DNA from: Eledone cirrhosa
Lineage: Eukaryota
DNA length: 64,000 nt
Reading direction: 5' to 3'
NCBI GenBank assembly: GCA_964016885.1
Contig: OZ024753.1
Span: 28,210,001-28,274,000 of the forward strand
A program made the position numbers and the translations under genes. Positions within the stretch are counted from its first letter, which is position 1; each line of letters starts with the position of its first letter. Below the pieces are notes generated by a model. That model saw only the letters and a list, made by a program, of their open reading frames with translations, made no database searches and was not told the origin of the DNA. Shown here piece by piece: positions 26,131-41,240 of the stretch.

Positions 26131-29100
26131 TATTTTGTTGCCCGACAAGATGAGGATCACAAGCTGTTGAAGTATCAGCCACTTTCCAATAGGTTTGTTG
26201 TTGAACCTAAAGTGGTGGAAACGTCAGGCATTTTGGGATGGAGTTGACCACCTACAGCAGGAGCAATGGAACTGGAGGAGAATGATTCCCCCAATAATTA
26301 TATTTTTCTCCCCAAACTACCAAAACATACATCTATTTGTATATGCGCTACAATTAATGTACATGTTATGTTTATTGCATATCAATTTTTTTGATATCTT
26401 GGTTGATATTTGATAATAACAACTAAATTGACCAAATTTGGCCACCCTATATTCAGAAATGCTCCCACTGCCCCTGTACAGGGGTGAGCCCAGTGAGTTG
26501 GGTTAACTATTTCAATGTTTCTCGCTTGCTATTTTCAAAGTTAATACTTTCTCTATTCTGTCCATTGGGGCAATGAGGCAGCATGTGTCAGGGGTTCTGC
26601 ATATTGAAGTAGCTAAGTGAATGAACTGGAGAGGTAGTGGAGTATGTGACATCCTATCGTCAACTGGTTGTGTTTCTACTCATATATCTGATATATTTCT
26701 TCTAAAACTGAGACCTAAACTACAGAGGTTCATCGACTTTTGCCATTGTAATTATAGTGAACAAGTGACTGGTGTTTTGGAAATCTGTAACAAAAGATAC
26801 CAGATGATGATGATAATGATGATAATTGTGATGGGGACAGTGGTGGTAGTGGTTATAGTGGTGCTAACAAGAGAAGAATGACATTTTTTTTTTCTGTTTT
26901 ACTAATTATCAATTTAATTTATTTTTGGTCTTTAATTAAAGTTGTGTCACAAAAATTTGTTCTCTCTTTATATTATGTTTCCTTTTTTCCCTCATAATCC
27001 TTTCAAATGTATATTTTTTTTAAAAATCACTATCTAGTTTTTAATTACTATCTGTCTTTTAATTATTGTCTGTCTTGCCCTTGTAGCTAATAAAGAAGAC
27101 ATTGTTATTTTGTAAATTCTCCTCCTTCACCATTCTAGTTGAACATTTTCTAATCTAGAACCACCAATAATTAACTAAAACAATAACTTCTCCACATTGA
27201 GAAATCACAACTCCAGGAGTACTACTGACATGTAGTTAGAATGTGTGTCCTTCGACAGGTCCTTGAGTTACTCGATAGCATGCATAGCTCAGAGATGGGG
27301 GAGTCACTCCAGGTAGAGTTGCTACTTCTCCGAATTGAGAGGTGAGATTACAGTACTATAGTACTACAGACATGATTAGAATCTCCCATGAAAGAATCAC
27401 TGGATAGATTTTATGAACAAACCAAACAGCAGGAAACCCAGAGCAAATTGGCTGGATAACATTGAAGCAGATAAAAAGAATAATAGATAATAGTTGTTAT
27501 TAGTTGTTGGTATATGTGTATCAACAGAGTTCACCAAGATAGCAGCATGTAATAGTAACTAGTTTAGAAGTAAGATAAAATAATGTTGACAACAATTTGT
27601 AGTTCGTTGTAACAGAATTTATTAACAATGTTTAAGGTGAGAAGAGCTGTGTTAGCTGGCATGGTTTCAGTTAGGCACGGTCACTGGCTGAAGCGTTAGC
27701 CAGGCCGGGGTTATGTTGTTGGTTGCAGAGCAAAATAAGAATGTGTTTACCTTAGCAAGGTCAAGCTGCAAGAGATCAAATTTATTAAAAGAAGCGGGAA
27801 ATTCTCCGTTTGGGCAGAAGTTAAAAATACATATCTGTACGTGGGTAACAATTGGCTTAACTTAGCCAAATCACGTGCGGAAAGGGTATCAATGCACCAA
27901 AAGAAGGTAGCTTGCTACAACATCTATGAGCTAGGCTGATCTTACTTGGGAATCTAGCAAGATGATTTGAGGATGCTTGCTTCTGACACAAAGTGGTATC
28001 AAACCTAGAACTTTCTGATTCCAAAGCTAAAATTCTTAACCATTTGGTCATGCTATCTACTACACAACCACAATATCAAGAAAATAAATATGGCAAGTCC
28101 CATAAATATCTAAATGAACTTTGTTTATATCTTTCTCAGTTATAAATATTTTATTTCATTAATGCTGCTTAATATGCTAATGTCTAAAGACATTAATCTA
28201 TCATAATTATAAATTTGTGGTATCATTATTGAAGTGGTGGTGCTGGTGGTATTGTTACTGAAGTGGTTGTGGTGGTAATATTACTGAAGTGGCAGGTGTT
28301 CCAAATGGAAGGAAGAGGACAAAAGTGGTTAAAGCTGATCTCAAGAAACTAAACCTCACAAAGCATGTTGTGCTACACTCTACCAATACTGGCATTACTT
28401 TGAATAATGTAGTCTCATGTACTCTACACCTAAAAACAAGATGGGATGGTTATGGCTGGAGTGTCTTTTATCTGAGGTCTCATTAATCAGAGCAAAGTTA
28501 AAGTCAAAATCCAGACATATAAAAACAAAAGAGACAGTAGAATATAAGCAACAAACCCAAGAGTTCATTGTATAGGCTTCTCTATTTTTTTTTTTCGATT
28601 GTTAAATATTTAATAATAATGAAAATGATTGTGTACAGTGCTCAGGTGCACTACAACTCATCAAAGGTACATGTATAGTACATAGAATAATGTACAAATG
28701 GCAGGAAAGTGAACAGTGTATGAGTCATGATATACACACAGATCCATGTGTGTGTGCATGGAGGGGGAATATTAGGTGTAGCATTGCTGGGTTTCAGGAA
28801 GCATGGAAGTTTTGAAGGATGCATGTCCTGTATTTATTTTACTTTTTAAATGAAAATGAAGTTAATAAAATGTGATAAAAACTGTACAATATAAATGGTA
28901 ATATGGAAACAAAAAGAAAGATAAGAAAAAGAAAAAAAGGAATTAAGCAATGAAAGAAAGAGAAAGGGAACAAGAGACTCTACACCCATGGACAAAATGG
29001 CGAAAGCATTGCTGCAGAGAATAGCCAGCAACACCTGCTACATCAGCCACCCCACCTCATGTGGGTTTCTTCGTCGGGTGGGCTACTTACTGTATTTCCG

Positions 29101-29814
29101 ATCTTACAGAGGAAAACAGCAGAAAACTGAGGGTGGGATGCTGGAGATACCTCATACCTGGTCTTGAAAATTTCTTGAGATATCAAAAAAATTTGCATAT
29201 ATTGAAATCCAGCATTTACAGAAGAGAAGCTAAAAAAAACATTTGTATCTTCTGATAAAATACCTTTCTGAAGCTGTAAGGTACACCTCAAACTATGAAT
29301 CTGTTATTTACACCAATTTTCTTTAATTTCTTTTTTTTACTATCTATATAAAATAGTTTTGCATGATCATGGTTGACCTTGAACTAAACAACTAAAGCAA
29401 TTTATATTAAGCAAGCGATTGTATTCAGTTCATAACATTTTCCAATTCATTAAAATTTTAATTTTATTGAAATTTATTATAATTCTTCAGTTCATGATGA
29501 AACTACCAAATTCAGTTTATTATTTCTTTATTTTTATTTAGACTAAATTTTGAAATGAAGACAATTTGTGTAAAAAAAAAAATGTAAAACATAAAAAATA
29601 TCTTTGTGACATTGAGTCATCTGTATTTGTCAAATAAAATATTATCAGCAACAAACTGGCTACTATTTCTATCAGGTTGAGGAATTAGAATAGGTTCCCA
29701 CAGCTTATACCACCCAAGTAAAGTACAACTGATTTGGCAATCTCCACTGGCTAATAACACTTGATAGAAATACCTTTGTTTCTATTATATCTAATCATTA
29801 TTTACATGCTTATT

Positions 29815-30004
29815 AGGCGGTGGATTGGCAGTATCGGTAGAGGGTCGGATGCCATGCTTTCCATTCCAGCATAGCTGGATTAACGATCTGAGTTCAAATC
29901 CCGCTGAGGTTGACTTTGCCTTTCATCCTTACGGGGTCGATAAAATAAAGTACCAGTAGTAATGCACTGGGTAATTGCTGGCCTTGTGCCAAAAAGTAGA
30001 AACA
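29815..30004 (+). mobile_element. tRNA-derived SINE family A, full length, with 18-bp TSD
   Basis: A-box-like tggattggcagtatcggtaga, B-box gagttcaaatccc, body gactttgcctttcatccttacggggtcgataaaataaagtaccag; TSD attatttacatgcttatt at 29797-29814 and 30005-30022. Confidence 0.9.
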
Positions 30005-33000
30005 ATTATTTACATGCTTATTTTTAAATACAGATTAAAGAAATAAAGATGATTAAAAGCTAAACGATTAATAATTTATTTACACTTTTATATTTATTGT
30101 TTGGTTGTCATGGATTATGCTGAGTATCTGTTATTATGTTATCATCATTTAACTCCTTGTCAGATCTGATCAAAGACACTCCAACCATGACCAGCACTCA
30201 TCTTGTGTTGTTTTTTTTCTTTTATCTCAAATCAACTTTGATCAAAGTTGTTCCAGCACCATGAACATTCCATGTGCTTGTATATCTAAGACTACAGAGT
30301 CTAATATATGCTTCTTATTTAAGACAGTAAGGCATGATTTGGACAACATTTCATTACAGTTTCTAGCAGGTCAAGCAACCATGTAGAGCAGTGGTTTCCA
30401 ACCAGGGTTCACCATGGCTCTTGAGTGTCCATTATGAATGACATATTTCCAAAGAATCAATCCTAGGTTTATCAAATTTCTCACCAAAGTAGATGCTGGC
30501 TGTCAACTCAATATAAAGAAAAACACTTTCTTACTACAGTCCATTGGCTTATATCAGTCATTTGTCTGCTACCTTCTCTGCTATGACCCCTTAGATGACT
30601 ACCAAGTCCCAACATTTGTTTAAATCTTTTATGACAAATGCAACATAGAATTTTGTGAAGAACATAAACAGGAGATAGTCTCTATGTCTTCCACTAATTC
30701 TCTATATTCATCAACCTCTCATAATAGCATTTCCATGCTTTTTTTCTTTAGGGCGTCAGTGATGCTACGTGCACAAACACATTCACACACCAATGGTAAT
30801 ATTGGAAAACAAATGCAAAGCTAATATCAAAAGTGAAACTATCACACACTAACAAGAACTAAAAAAAAATTAGGAAAAATATCTGGTTAAATATTTTTTT
30901 TCAAATTAAAAAAAAATTCTACCATAAAAATAAGAAAACAAAATAAAATTCATTAAACTTTCATTGTTTTTTTTTGTTTTATTTTACATATTTTTTTTCA
31001 ATTTTATTAATTTTTTTTGCTTGTTACATATTTCTTATAATTGCTATGATAATAATAATAATAATAATTAAAATATAAAAAATCCATTTCAAAATGATTT
31101 TTTTATTTTTCAGTACAAGAATATAAAAAAAAATGTCATAAAAATATACGGTTTATGTGTGTTGGTGTGTGTATTTATTAGAATTTTCTCAAAAAAAGAA
31201 TGTAGAATGTGGAAGGAAGTATTTTTGGTTGTTTTTTCCCAGGTGGCGGTGGTAATGGAAGTAGCAATAGTGCAGAAAGACCAAGTTCGTGGGGCCCAGA
31301 AAAAAAAAAAATTTTTTTTGAAGTGTCTGAAATAAAATAAAAGTAAAATTGTATAACAAAGAAAGAATTGAAATTATTTATCACATATTAAATTAAATTT
31401 ATTAGTTATTTTTTTACATTCTGGAGATGTTAGACATTTAATTACAATTGTATAAATTAACAGTAAAGTAACATTACAAATGTTTTAAATATATAAATAA
31501 ATAGCATTGCAAATGCGTAAATAACATTATAAATTGCTCGCAATTCGTTCAGAAGGACATTAAAAATATAATGTCTAAACCGTTGTATAAAGAGTGTCCA
31601 TAAATTATCTTTACAACTTGCACCATTGATAAGGAAATGTTTCAATGGACGTGGTCAGGAACTTAGCATAGTCTACATGTGTTATGTTTACGTACATCTA
31701 ATGAAGTCACATTAAAAGTGTTCTGATGTTTTTAATAAACCTTTGTTTGTATAGCTATCTTTTCCAATAAACCCTATAGAATTATCTTTATTTTTTCTAA
31801 ATTTTTCAAATCGTAAACATAATTTATGGACTCCAGGTATAATGAGCAATCGAAATGTAGAGAGACGGTAGAGACGCTGCTGGTTTTTGGCGACGGCAAC
31901 CCCCTGTTTATGTTTAGCCGTAAGTTAGGCCTAATGAAGCATAACTATAATCAAAGGCTTCCCAGCAATGACTACATTGTCCAATGTGTCTTTATTTTTT
32001 CATAACATTTAGATTAATTTGAGGAAGATATGACTGCTATTTTAAGCAGATCAAATGACCACATAAGTGTCCCTCCGTACTGGTTTTGTTATTGTTGATG
32101 TTTAGCCCCAGATCAATCCCGATCAAAGGGGTTCAAGCCATGACCACTACATCCTTTTAGGAGTGTCTTGAGACAACGTTATCGATTGTTTTTCTCTTTT
32201 CTAAAATGGTAGCGTTGTCACTGATATAACCATTAATAGTGTGGATTTGAGGAAGACTGAGGTAATATTTCTCGCCCCTTTGTTATCATTAATATAACCA
32301 TCAATAGTGCGGATTTGAGGAAGACTTAGCTAATATTCCTCGTCCCTTCGTTATCGCTGATATAACCATTGATCAAATTAATTAGCTGGAGATAACCAGT
32401 AGCATCTTAAGTATTTTTTAAAATTGTTTTGTTCTGAGAGACCAGAATTATTATTATATTTCCAGGGATATGATCTTCCCAGTGCCTGTTGTCATACGGG
32501 GAAATTTCGGCAATCAGAGTTACGTACCTTTGCAAAGGAAGCCACGTTTCCTCCAGTAACTATCAACTGTAACTAGATGTGAATTCGTCGTCTCTACGTA
32601 ACGAGGAGTCTAGTAACAGTTTCTTACTGACCTCATAGTGAAGCTGTTTCTTTGATTTTCTCGTCAGATAAACCAGACATTTAAATTGATTGAACATTAT
32701 CGGACATATATTGATGATAATAGTGTTTGAAAATATTAGAAATGAACTGACGATGATCGATAAATATCTATAGAATCCATCATATGAACTACAGGATGAA
32801 TAAGCCAAAGAGGAAGTTTCAATGCAACCACTCAACCTTTTAGAAATAGCAGCCAAGTTTCCCTCAAATTACACTTTACCGTCTTATTTATAAAATAAGG
32901 ATTTATTGAATAAAAACAATTTCAAAGTAAAAAAAATCTGATGGCTATGATCGGAATACATCTGATCGTCTGCTTGATCAGAGTTTAGCTAGAGATAAAC

Positions 33001-33450
33001 AAGATAGATATAAAAGAAGATTGCTCAGGTTTTGATCAGAAACTAACATTAGACAGTAGCCATGGGATGATATGCTTCTTGTGACCGGCTAATCGACGTG
33101 CATCATTTGTCGATATTTATGTATAAATTAAAATTAATTACACGCTCTCCATATTTAATAAAGTAGCCTTGATGCAAGTGTTTGGTGTTTCCATGAAGAG
33201 TTATCTTCCCGCCTATCGAACTTATTCATTCATCATTATCGAAGTACCAGGTTTAAGACTTAGGTTTAAGTTAAAAGAGCAAATAGAAGATTTAGGATTA
33301 ACTATATTAATGCCTATATCTGCAGACTTGACCACAACATGACCCAAGTTATTTTCCATACTTGTTCAAAAAAATGAAACAACAAACTTATGGTAACCCT
33401 GAGCTATATAAAGACCCCCCCCCCCTCCTCATAAGATTGTCACCTATAAA

Positions 33451-33597
33451 GTGATTATATTTCTAAGGCATTGTATTTGAATGAATTAATGAAGAATTTG
33501 GACGGCAGATATATTATTATTATTATTAATATATCCGCCGTTCAAATTCTTCATCAATTCATTCAAATACAATGTATTTCCTTAGAAATATAATCAC
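33451..33597. repeat. About 147-bp near-perfect foldback
   Basis: gtgattatatttctaagg...cattgtatttgaatgaattaatgaagaatttggacggcagatatatt pairs with aatatatccgccgttcaaattcttcatcaattcattcaaatacaatg...ccttagaaatataatcac. Confidence 0.85.
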
Positions 33598-34341
33598 GAG
33601 GTTACCCTTGCCTGTCATCCTTACAAGGTCGATAAAATAAAGCACCAGTGATGCACTGGGATCGATTTATTCGACGTTTCCCTCCCCACAAATTGCTGAC
33701 TTTGTGCCTAAGTGGAAATCATTATTATTAATAATAGTTATGTCTCTTTATGATCTGATTTCAAATCCCGCTGAGGTTAACTTTGCCTTTCATCCATACC
33801 GGGTCGATAAAATAAAGATAATTGCTGGCCTTGTGCCAAAAGTAGAAACGATTATTAATAATTATTGCATATGCATCCTGTATTTTAGAATAGGTACACT
33901 GTATCCTTGCTTGTCATAAGAGGCAACTCAAAAAGTTGGCATCAGGAAGGGCACCTAGCTATAAAACATTGTCTCAAACCATCCTGTCAAAATCCATGTC
34001 AACAAAGAAGAGTGGATGTAAAAATGATGATGAGGCAGAAATTTCATCGTATTTATAACTTAATAAAGATTCTTGGAAGGTTTTCATTTGAATAGAAACC
34101 ATTTAAAATGATGGTGGTTTTCTTTTGTTGAAACAGAAGTGGTTAGGTATCATCATCATCACCGTTTTACGTCCATTTTTTCCACGCTAGCATGGGTTAG
34201 ACGAGTTGTCCTATTGTGGGCAATGTCAAGTCAGGTGACTGTCTTGCTCATGCATAACTGATTATGGTATAAAAACGAGAATTTCTTTAAGGAAATAAAA
34301 ATAAAACAAAAACAAAAAAATACATACAAAATGTGCCTTAT

Positions 34342-34557
34342 TCACAAAATAGTGCAGAGTCGTTTTTCTTTAAATGGGTTTTCCTTGACCGGATAAATCA
34401 AGGGGTCATTAGGTGCATTCTCATTGCAGTACTGGATGAGAGTCATGATAGTTTGGCTCATATTTTTCCGAGTTATTTTGTAGTTCAATCTCAGCAACTG
34501 TACCTCCTCTCTCAGAACCTTTCGAGACTGAATGGTGTGTTGGTTAGGGTAAGGCAT
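34342..34557 (-). CDS. G-protein gamma subunit-like protein B (71 aa, CaaX = CTIL)
   Basis: EEVQLLR...R..MSQTI..LIQYCNENAPNDPLIYPVKENPFKEKRLCTIL retains DPL, NPF, a basic patch and CaaX; caaaATG start; acceptor ttttttcaacag at 34589-34590. Confidence 0.93.
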   Translation of the reverse strand: MPYPNQHTIQSRKVLREEVQLLRLNYKITRKNMSQTIMTLIQYCNENAPNDPLIYPVKENPFKEKRLCTIL

Positions 34558-35419
34558 TTTGGAAATTATATAAGGAAAGATTTATCACCTGTTGAAAAAA
34601 GATCATAGAAGAAAATTTCAAAACTTGTATAATAATAGTTAAAAGATTGTGTTTAAATACTATAGTATTTAAAATATTCAAACATTAAGTGAATGAACAC
34701 TCAATACATGCAGGTAGAGTGTAAATTTTATTTTCTGAGTAGAAAAATGGCAGCTATTGAAGTGTGCCTTGTGTTGGGTGGTTAAGTCATTAAACCAGCA
34801 CCAGTAGCACCACCACGATATTTCTAATGAAATGTGATTTTCAAATAAGAATTGGGAAGGATTTAATAACATAACTAATTTTCTCATTATCATATTGGTG
34901 TTTTGAGGGCAGTGAAATAGGAGAATTGGATAGAATTTTTTGACAGTATTCATTTTGATATTCTGCATTGAGTTCAAATTTCACGATAGTTAATGTTGCC
35001 TTTCATTCTTTTGGGGATGATAAAATAAAATACCAGTCATGTATGCAGGTCGATATAGTCTGCCCTTAAAATTGCTGGTCTTATGTCTAATTTAGAAACC
35101 AATTATTATGCTGGTGTTTGGAACATAACATAACAAAGGTTCTTATATAAAATTGATGTAAGCTTTAAATGGACAGCTTTGTATCATAGACAGGACCTAT
35201 GAGAGAGGGGGCTAAGAAGGCTCCTCAGCAACCATGCAACATCCATTTGTACCACCTTGCAGAATTTCTCTTGGAGGGCCTGATCATAGAACTAGAGGCA
35301 GTTTCAAGTAGATTGGTATCAGAATGGTTTATCATAGAAGACAAACAATAACTTCACAGATGAAGTTAGAAGATAGTGTAAGTGTATAATCTTCTGATAG
35401 TGCGTGTATATATATTTTG

Positions 35420-35790
35420 AGATGCAGTCATAATCCATGGCTTCTCACTTCATCCAGTGTGGATATCCTCCCACCTTGATCCAAGCTGTATTCACCCATG
35501 CCCTTGACACTGACCACACAACAGACCTTTTACCTAATGACTCTCCTCCTTTCCCCCTCATCTACCACCCCTGCGGTCATTTTTCACTTCTTTCTCAACT
35601 TACCCATCACTGCCTGTAAGTATGCCCATAATCTCCATGACATTCTTGTGTACACTTCCTTCTTCTCCTCCTCCCCTAGGTCTCCACTTGGGTCCCATCC
35701 CAGCTGTAATACCTGTCCCTACATAACAAACCTCACCACACTTACAGGTACAAACCATTCTTTTCTTATTCACCACTCCATCTGCATGTA
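35420..35790 (+). mobile_element. Penelope-like element fragment (RT thumb and linker toward GIY-YIG)
   Basis: GYPPTLIQAVFTHAL...LL...PLIYHP, then NLHDILV...CNTCPYI in a shifted frame; typical PLE motif order. Confidence 0.65.
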
Positions 35791-38700
35791 TAAGAACCTA
35801 CATACACTGGTTGGCAAAGAAAAATAGAATTGCTTAGACGTCATTCACCTGAAAAACAATAGTTGTGCAAGAAGCATAAATAAGTGAACTAGAAATAAAT
35901 GTAGATTTAGTCTATTCTTGTCTTGCTGACCTCTATCTATATTTTGTTATCATTTTACTTGGCTTTTCTGGTGTCTGTGTGTGAATGCATACATTTGTCA
36001 CAAATGCTCAGATATAGGGTAAAGTTGAATTTTTTTTCATTCAGCTTTTTTGTAACTTGTCCTACAATTCTTATTATACATAGGTAGCTTGTGTTTTTTT
36101 TAAAAATATCCATGTTTTTGAATATAATTAAAATGTTATGTAACCATAATGTCCTCCTGGCCTACAACATAAAAGCTTACTTCTTCCATTGTGTTGTGGT
36201 ACATAGCATTGCTTTCATCTCCTTCATTTTTTTTTGGGGGGGGGTGTCTTCTCTTTCCGTGTAATAACCAACCCACCCAGTACCCTTGCGACAACCCACC
36301 CGCAACCTCCACCTGGTGTCCGTGTAGCAATAAAAGAATCCATTATTATGAGGTTAACTATGCCTTTCATCCTTACAGGGTCGATAAAATAAAGTACCAG
36401 TAATACACTGGGTAATTGCTGGCCTTGTGCCAAAAGTAGAAACAATTATTATTATTATTAAGAGAAATTTAATGGTTTATATTTCTGGTGGGACATTAGA
36501 CCACCTTCTTAGTTGTATTAATAGTAGTAATGGCAGTTTGTTGATACAGGGAGGGAGGGGGATAACAGAGAGAGCAGAATGTAAGAGAACAGAGAGAGAA
36601 AAAGACGCTGGGGGTAGGGGTCATAAACAGGTTTTTCAAGCCAGCGTTTACTGAGTTCACATTAATTAAGACCTAACTATCAAACGATATCCATACAAAC
36701 ACAGACAATCTAATCAATAGTGATTAAGAAACTATCAAAGAGCTCATTCAGATTGACAATCAGTTGAGAACAATTAGTGGTTATATATGAGCACAACAGG
36801 ATTATACTGGGTGTATATTGTATCTCATTCTCATGTGACACAAATCGTTATTTCATTCACCATTAAATTGCCTTGACAGTTTTCTATCAAACATCGGACA
36901 ATTTGTCCAAATAAACCAGTCTTAGGGTGGAAGTATTTAAACAATAATGAGATGTATTGCATTTATTTACTCTTTCTCTTGATATATATATATATATTGT
37001 ATTATTTACTTTTAGAATTGTTTTGTGTGTGTTACGTATATCATCTTGTGTATGTTAACTGTGTGTTACATATATCATCTCGTGTATGTTAACTGTGTTA
37101 CATATATCATCGTGTATGTTAACTGTGTTACATATATCATCTCGTGTATGTTAAATGCTTCTCATACACTCAGACATGCATGTGCATGTGTTAATTTATA
37201 CATACAGGGTATCCCAAAATATGCATACACACTGAGTACCTGTACAGGCTATATTTATTAGAATAGCCATGGTTGAACTACTTTTCACTATAAGCTTGCT
37301 CAATTAGGAATGACTTTGGGCTAAACAACAACATGGCCAGCTACTTTTGTAAAGACAACAGATGGCTGGTTGGTTGACTGGGAGACAGCTGGATGCCTGA
37401 CTGATTGTAAAGTGTCACATTGTAAATAGATGAAATATAGAAATGAAATATATAGATTATAAACAAAACATGTTTTAATAAAAGAAACCTCTTAAAAGAT
37501 CAAACAAAATCTTCACTATCTTTTATATAATACTGAGTTTCTCTCCTCTCAAACTTACACACCCACCTAATTAGAAGAGGAGTAACTGTGAATAAAACCT
37601 GACAGTGTGGAAGACACTTTCATTCTGACAAACAACTTCTCTAGTATATAAAATACACTCAATCTATGCTGCAAAGTGGTTATTGATAGGAAGGACACCC
37701 AGCCAATAAAACCATGTTTAATATTGTATACAGAACTAACATTTATCATGCTGAACATGATAGTGGAGTGGGCTGATGGAAACATCTAGCTATATGTTAG
37801 AAACCCTCGTTTGTTATCAAACAATTGTTGCAGAAAACAAACACCAAACTGCAAGCATTCCACAACCAGAAACTCCCTTTTTATTTTGTCAGGTACAAAA
37901 CTTTAGGGTTGCACCAACAAAATTTTGTCATGTCACCAACACAGGCACTTTTTGTCAGGATACCTACATACCACTTTACAAATTAGGGAAAGCTCTGTGA
38001 TTTAAACTCAGGGCATATTTTCACAGCAAGATTAAATATGTGTTATAAACAATTTACTTCAAAGTTTCGGCCAAACTCCCAGCTTCTCAAACCACTGATA
38101 TAAAGATGGCAGCATCAAGAAGAGAGTTTCACAACAGTAGAACAATCTTTTGAGAAGCCCAGAATTTTTTGAGGGGTAGAATTTCAAAGTAAACAGTCAC
38201 TATTAATAATATTGTGGATTGGCAGTATCGGCAAAGCATCAGACATGCTTCATGGTATAGAGTAACGGCCCTTTACGTTCTGAGTTCAAATCCCGCCAAG
38301 GTTAGCTTTGCCTTTCATCCTTACGGAGTCGACAAAATAAAGTACTGGTAATGCATCAGGATGGATTTAATTGACCCCCACCTCCCTAAAATTGTTGGCC
38401 TTGTGCCTAAATCAGAAACAATTATTTTGATTCTATAAACAATAAGAGTCCTTCATTCTGTGTATGGTAAGTATATTTAATATGCAATCCTATAAAAATA
38501 AGCATTCTTTATTAAACACATGGATATGACTCCATAAACATATTTCTTCACAATCTGTTATTAATGTCTTCTTGTAGGTTTTGCTTATTCCACCAGAACA
38601 ATTTACATTGAACAACCCTGTGGTAGATGAATAATTTATCAAAAGAAGATACCTTCCTGTTTTATGATCAACTAAAAAAATAAACAGTAATGACAAATAA

Positions 38701-39059
38701 ATATATTAATGAATAAACAATAGAAACATTTGTTTTTGTTTATTTTATTTTTTTACTTAAGTCTTTTTCCATAGCACAAACACATCTCCTCCCCCCACCA
38801 CATATACTTTTAAAATCTGTTTCTGTGTTATCTTTTATCTTGAAGGGGGGAGCAATGGTACAGTTGACCTGAGATATATATCAATTTAGAAGTACAAAGA
38901 AGCTCCATGCTAGTTATCAATCAAGTTCCTGCAAATGGTGCAGCCAGTCATTGGAGTACCACCAGTGCAGCTAGTCATTGGAGTACCACTCTAGATGTGC
39001 CATTGGTGCAGCCAGTCATTGGGGTACCACTTTACATGTGTCACCAGTGCAGCCAGTCA

Positions 39060-39230
39060 TTAAAGGTGCCATTCTAGATGCTTTCCTAATCAGTCGTTGC
39101 CACTGGCCTCTATTCTTTGTCATGTGTAGAAAGGTCTCAGTATCAGGAGCTGTCCAGTCTTTGATGTCAGACCAGGATTGTCTGCCTCTTCTTCACCTTC
39201 CCACCTTGGAGCGTTCAGGGAGAGAAAATA
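39060..39230 (-). mobile_element. Old RTE-like LINE C-terminal remnant
   Basis: Minus frame RRGRQSWSDIKDWTAPDTETFLHMTKNRGQWQRLIRKASRMAP resembles RGR...W.DNIKEWTG...DR..WR. Confidence 0.5.
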
Positions 39231-40282
39231 CCTTGGTGCCAGCAGTAGCATCATAAGGGATGGGTGGGTACACTGGTTCTCCCTTGACTCTCACTATTGG
39301 CTCTGAAACCTTCTTCAGCCACACTGTAAACTGCTTTTGCTGGCAGGTTAAATTTAGTGAGGGACTGGATGATTGGAGAGGAGATGGGCACAGCCAAACA
39401 TTTCTAAAGCCCACTGAAATACCATGATAGACAAACAGTAAAAGAAAAGAAATAGTTATAATAAATCATTCTTTAGTGTTCTATGTATTTACATATCAGA
39501 TTTAAACCCTCATGTGTTTACGTATCAGATTTAAACAAAATTAGATACACCAACATATCAGATTTAAACAAGACGAGACACACCAACATATTAGGTATAG
39601 AGAAATGAGACACCAAACCAGAACAAAAACAGTAGAAAGAAAAAATATAGAAATTTCCCCACCAATAAAAAAATATTAAAAAATTTAAAATCACTAAAAC
39701 AGAGCAAGTTTACAAAGTGAATATCAGGGAGTTAATAAATAAAACTTCCACCCATGCAAACATCATATAGGAGTAGAAATTAGAAGACAAAACATACAAT
39801 AAGAGTTTTAATCAACCATCAACAATGATATGAGAAAGGAAGAAATAAAAATCTCATTCAGCTGGGCAAATATACAGGCAGATAAAGAGATAGAAAGATA
39901 GACAAAGAGATAAATTACCACATACATAAATAAGCACCACAAACACAAATTGAAAGCTAAACAATAATACAAACCATTGCAAAAGGATAGGACAAATTTG
40001 AAATAAAGAATTAAAATAAGAATAAGTAATTGTAGAACAATGCCATCATTTAAAAACAAGCCTAAACATGCTTTTATTTTATTAAAAATAAAAAAAATTT
40101 GTTTAGTTGCTTTTCTTCTCTCTCATTTTCTAAAGGACATAACCCGAGACTTTATGTACTGGCTTTTTTCATATCTCCTGTGCATTAAACACTAATATTC
40201 TCAGTTTAGACTATCTTCAGTCTTGCTTTTGATTTCCTGTTACTTTGTTCACTGTGTGTGGGTATATGTATATATATGTGTA

Positions 40283-40327
<45 letters not shown>

Positions 40328-40979
40328 AGAGAGAGAGAGAGAGAGATAATAATTACAAAGACCAACATCCGAAGTGGGCACAATAAGGATTATATATATA
40401 TATAGCAAAATGAACACACTGAGGACAATAACTCAGACAAATGATTATCTTAGTCAGTATTGACAGATGTGAGAATAAGTACTCAATACTAGTAGAGATG
40501 ACTAGTTTGATTAAAGTTGATTTAGTCTTCTGTTACTCTGGAGTTTCACCTATGTTTACAAGCTCATAAGACTGTCTGATCATAAAGTCTTTCCCTGATT
40601 TTAAACCTTTAACTCTTTAGCATTCACATTATTCTATATATACTATTATATTTTCATGGTAAATGCTTTATCTCACATAATATCGAATCTATGAGATTTT
40701 GAAAGTATTTATTTTGAGAACAATACTTTAACATCAGTTTGAGTGACCAGTTACAGCCAGTTTCAACAGAAAAAGGTAGAGAATTCTGGCCGGTTTGAAC
40801 ATTAAAGGGCTAAACAAGATAGAAAAACAGTTTTTTGTACACATGAACTTCTACATGGTAAAATCTCAAATAATATCCAAGATATGGTATTTTATAATCA
40901 AGGAAAGACTTTATGCTCATTCTGTATATATGTATATATGCATAAATGAGGAAAATGCAACATATCAGCCATAGATGTA

Positions 40980-41240
40980 ATGTGCTTCAGCTGCCTTACA
41001 CAGTTTTTGCAGCATTATGATTGGGTTTTGAAACAGCTACTAAAATGCTCAAATGTGAATAAGATGTGTCTCGACTTTCCAAACGACTTTGTCAAAGTCA
41101 ACTATGGAATGAAAATTTACATACTGTATGGTCTTGGCAAAGTTGGAAAACTAGGAACATGGGTACATGATTTCTTTAAAGACAGAAGCCCTCTCAAATG
41201 AAAATTTATTGAGAGTGAAGTACCCCAAATAGATTTCTTA
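40980..41240 (+). mobile_element. Degraded CR1-type RT fragment
   Basis: SCLTQFLQHYDW...NV...LDFPNDFVKV...GKLGTWVHDFFKDR resembles SCLTQLL...YLDFAKAFDKV...GKLL.WI..FL..R. Confidence 0.7.

Noticed and set aside
29061-29255. 64-aa ORF ending KKNICIF, superficially like the G-gamma C tail
   Set aside because: Opposite strand, no ATG start, no GGL pattern
39193-39414. 73-aa minus-strand ORF behind an acceptor-like site
   Set aside because: No recognisable domain and it runs into an old LINE remnant; cannot be supported as coding
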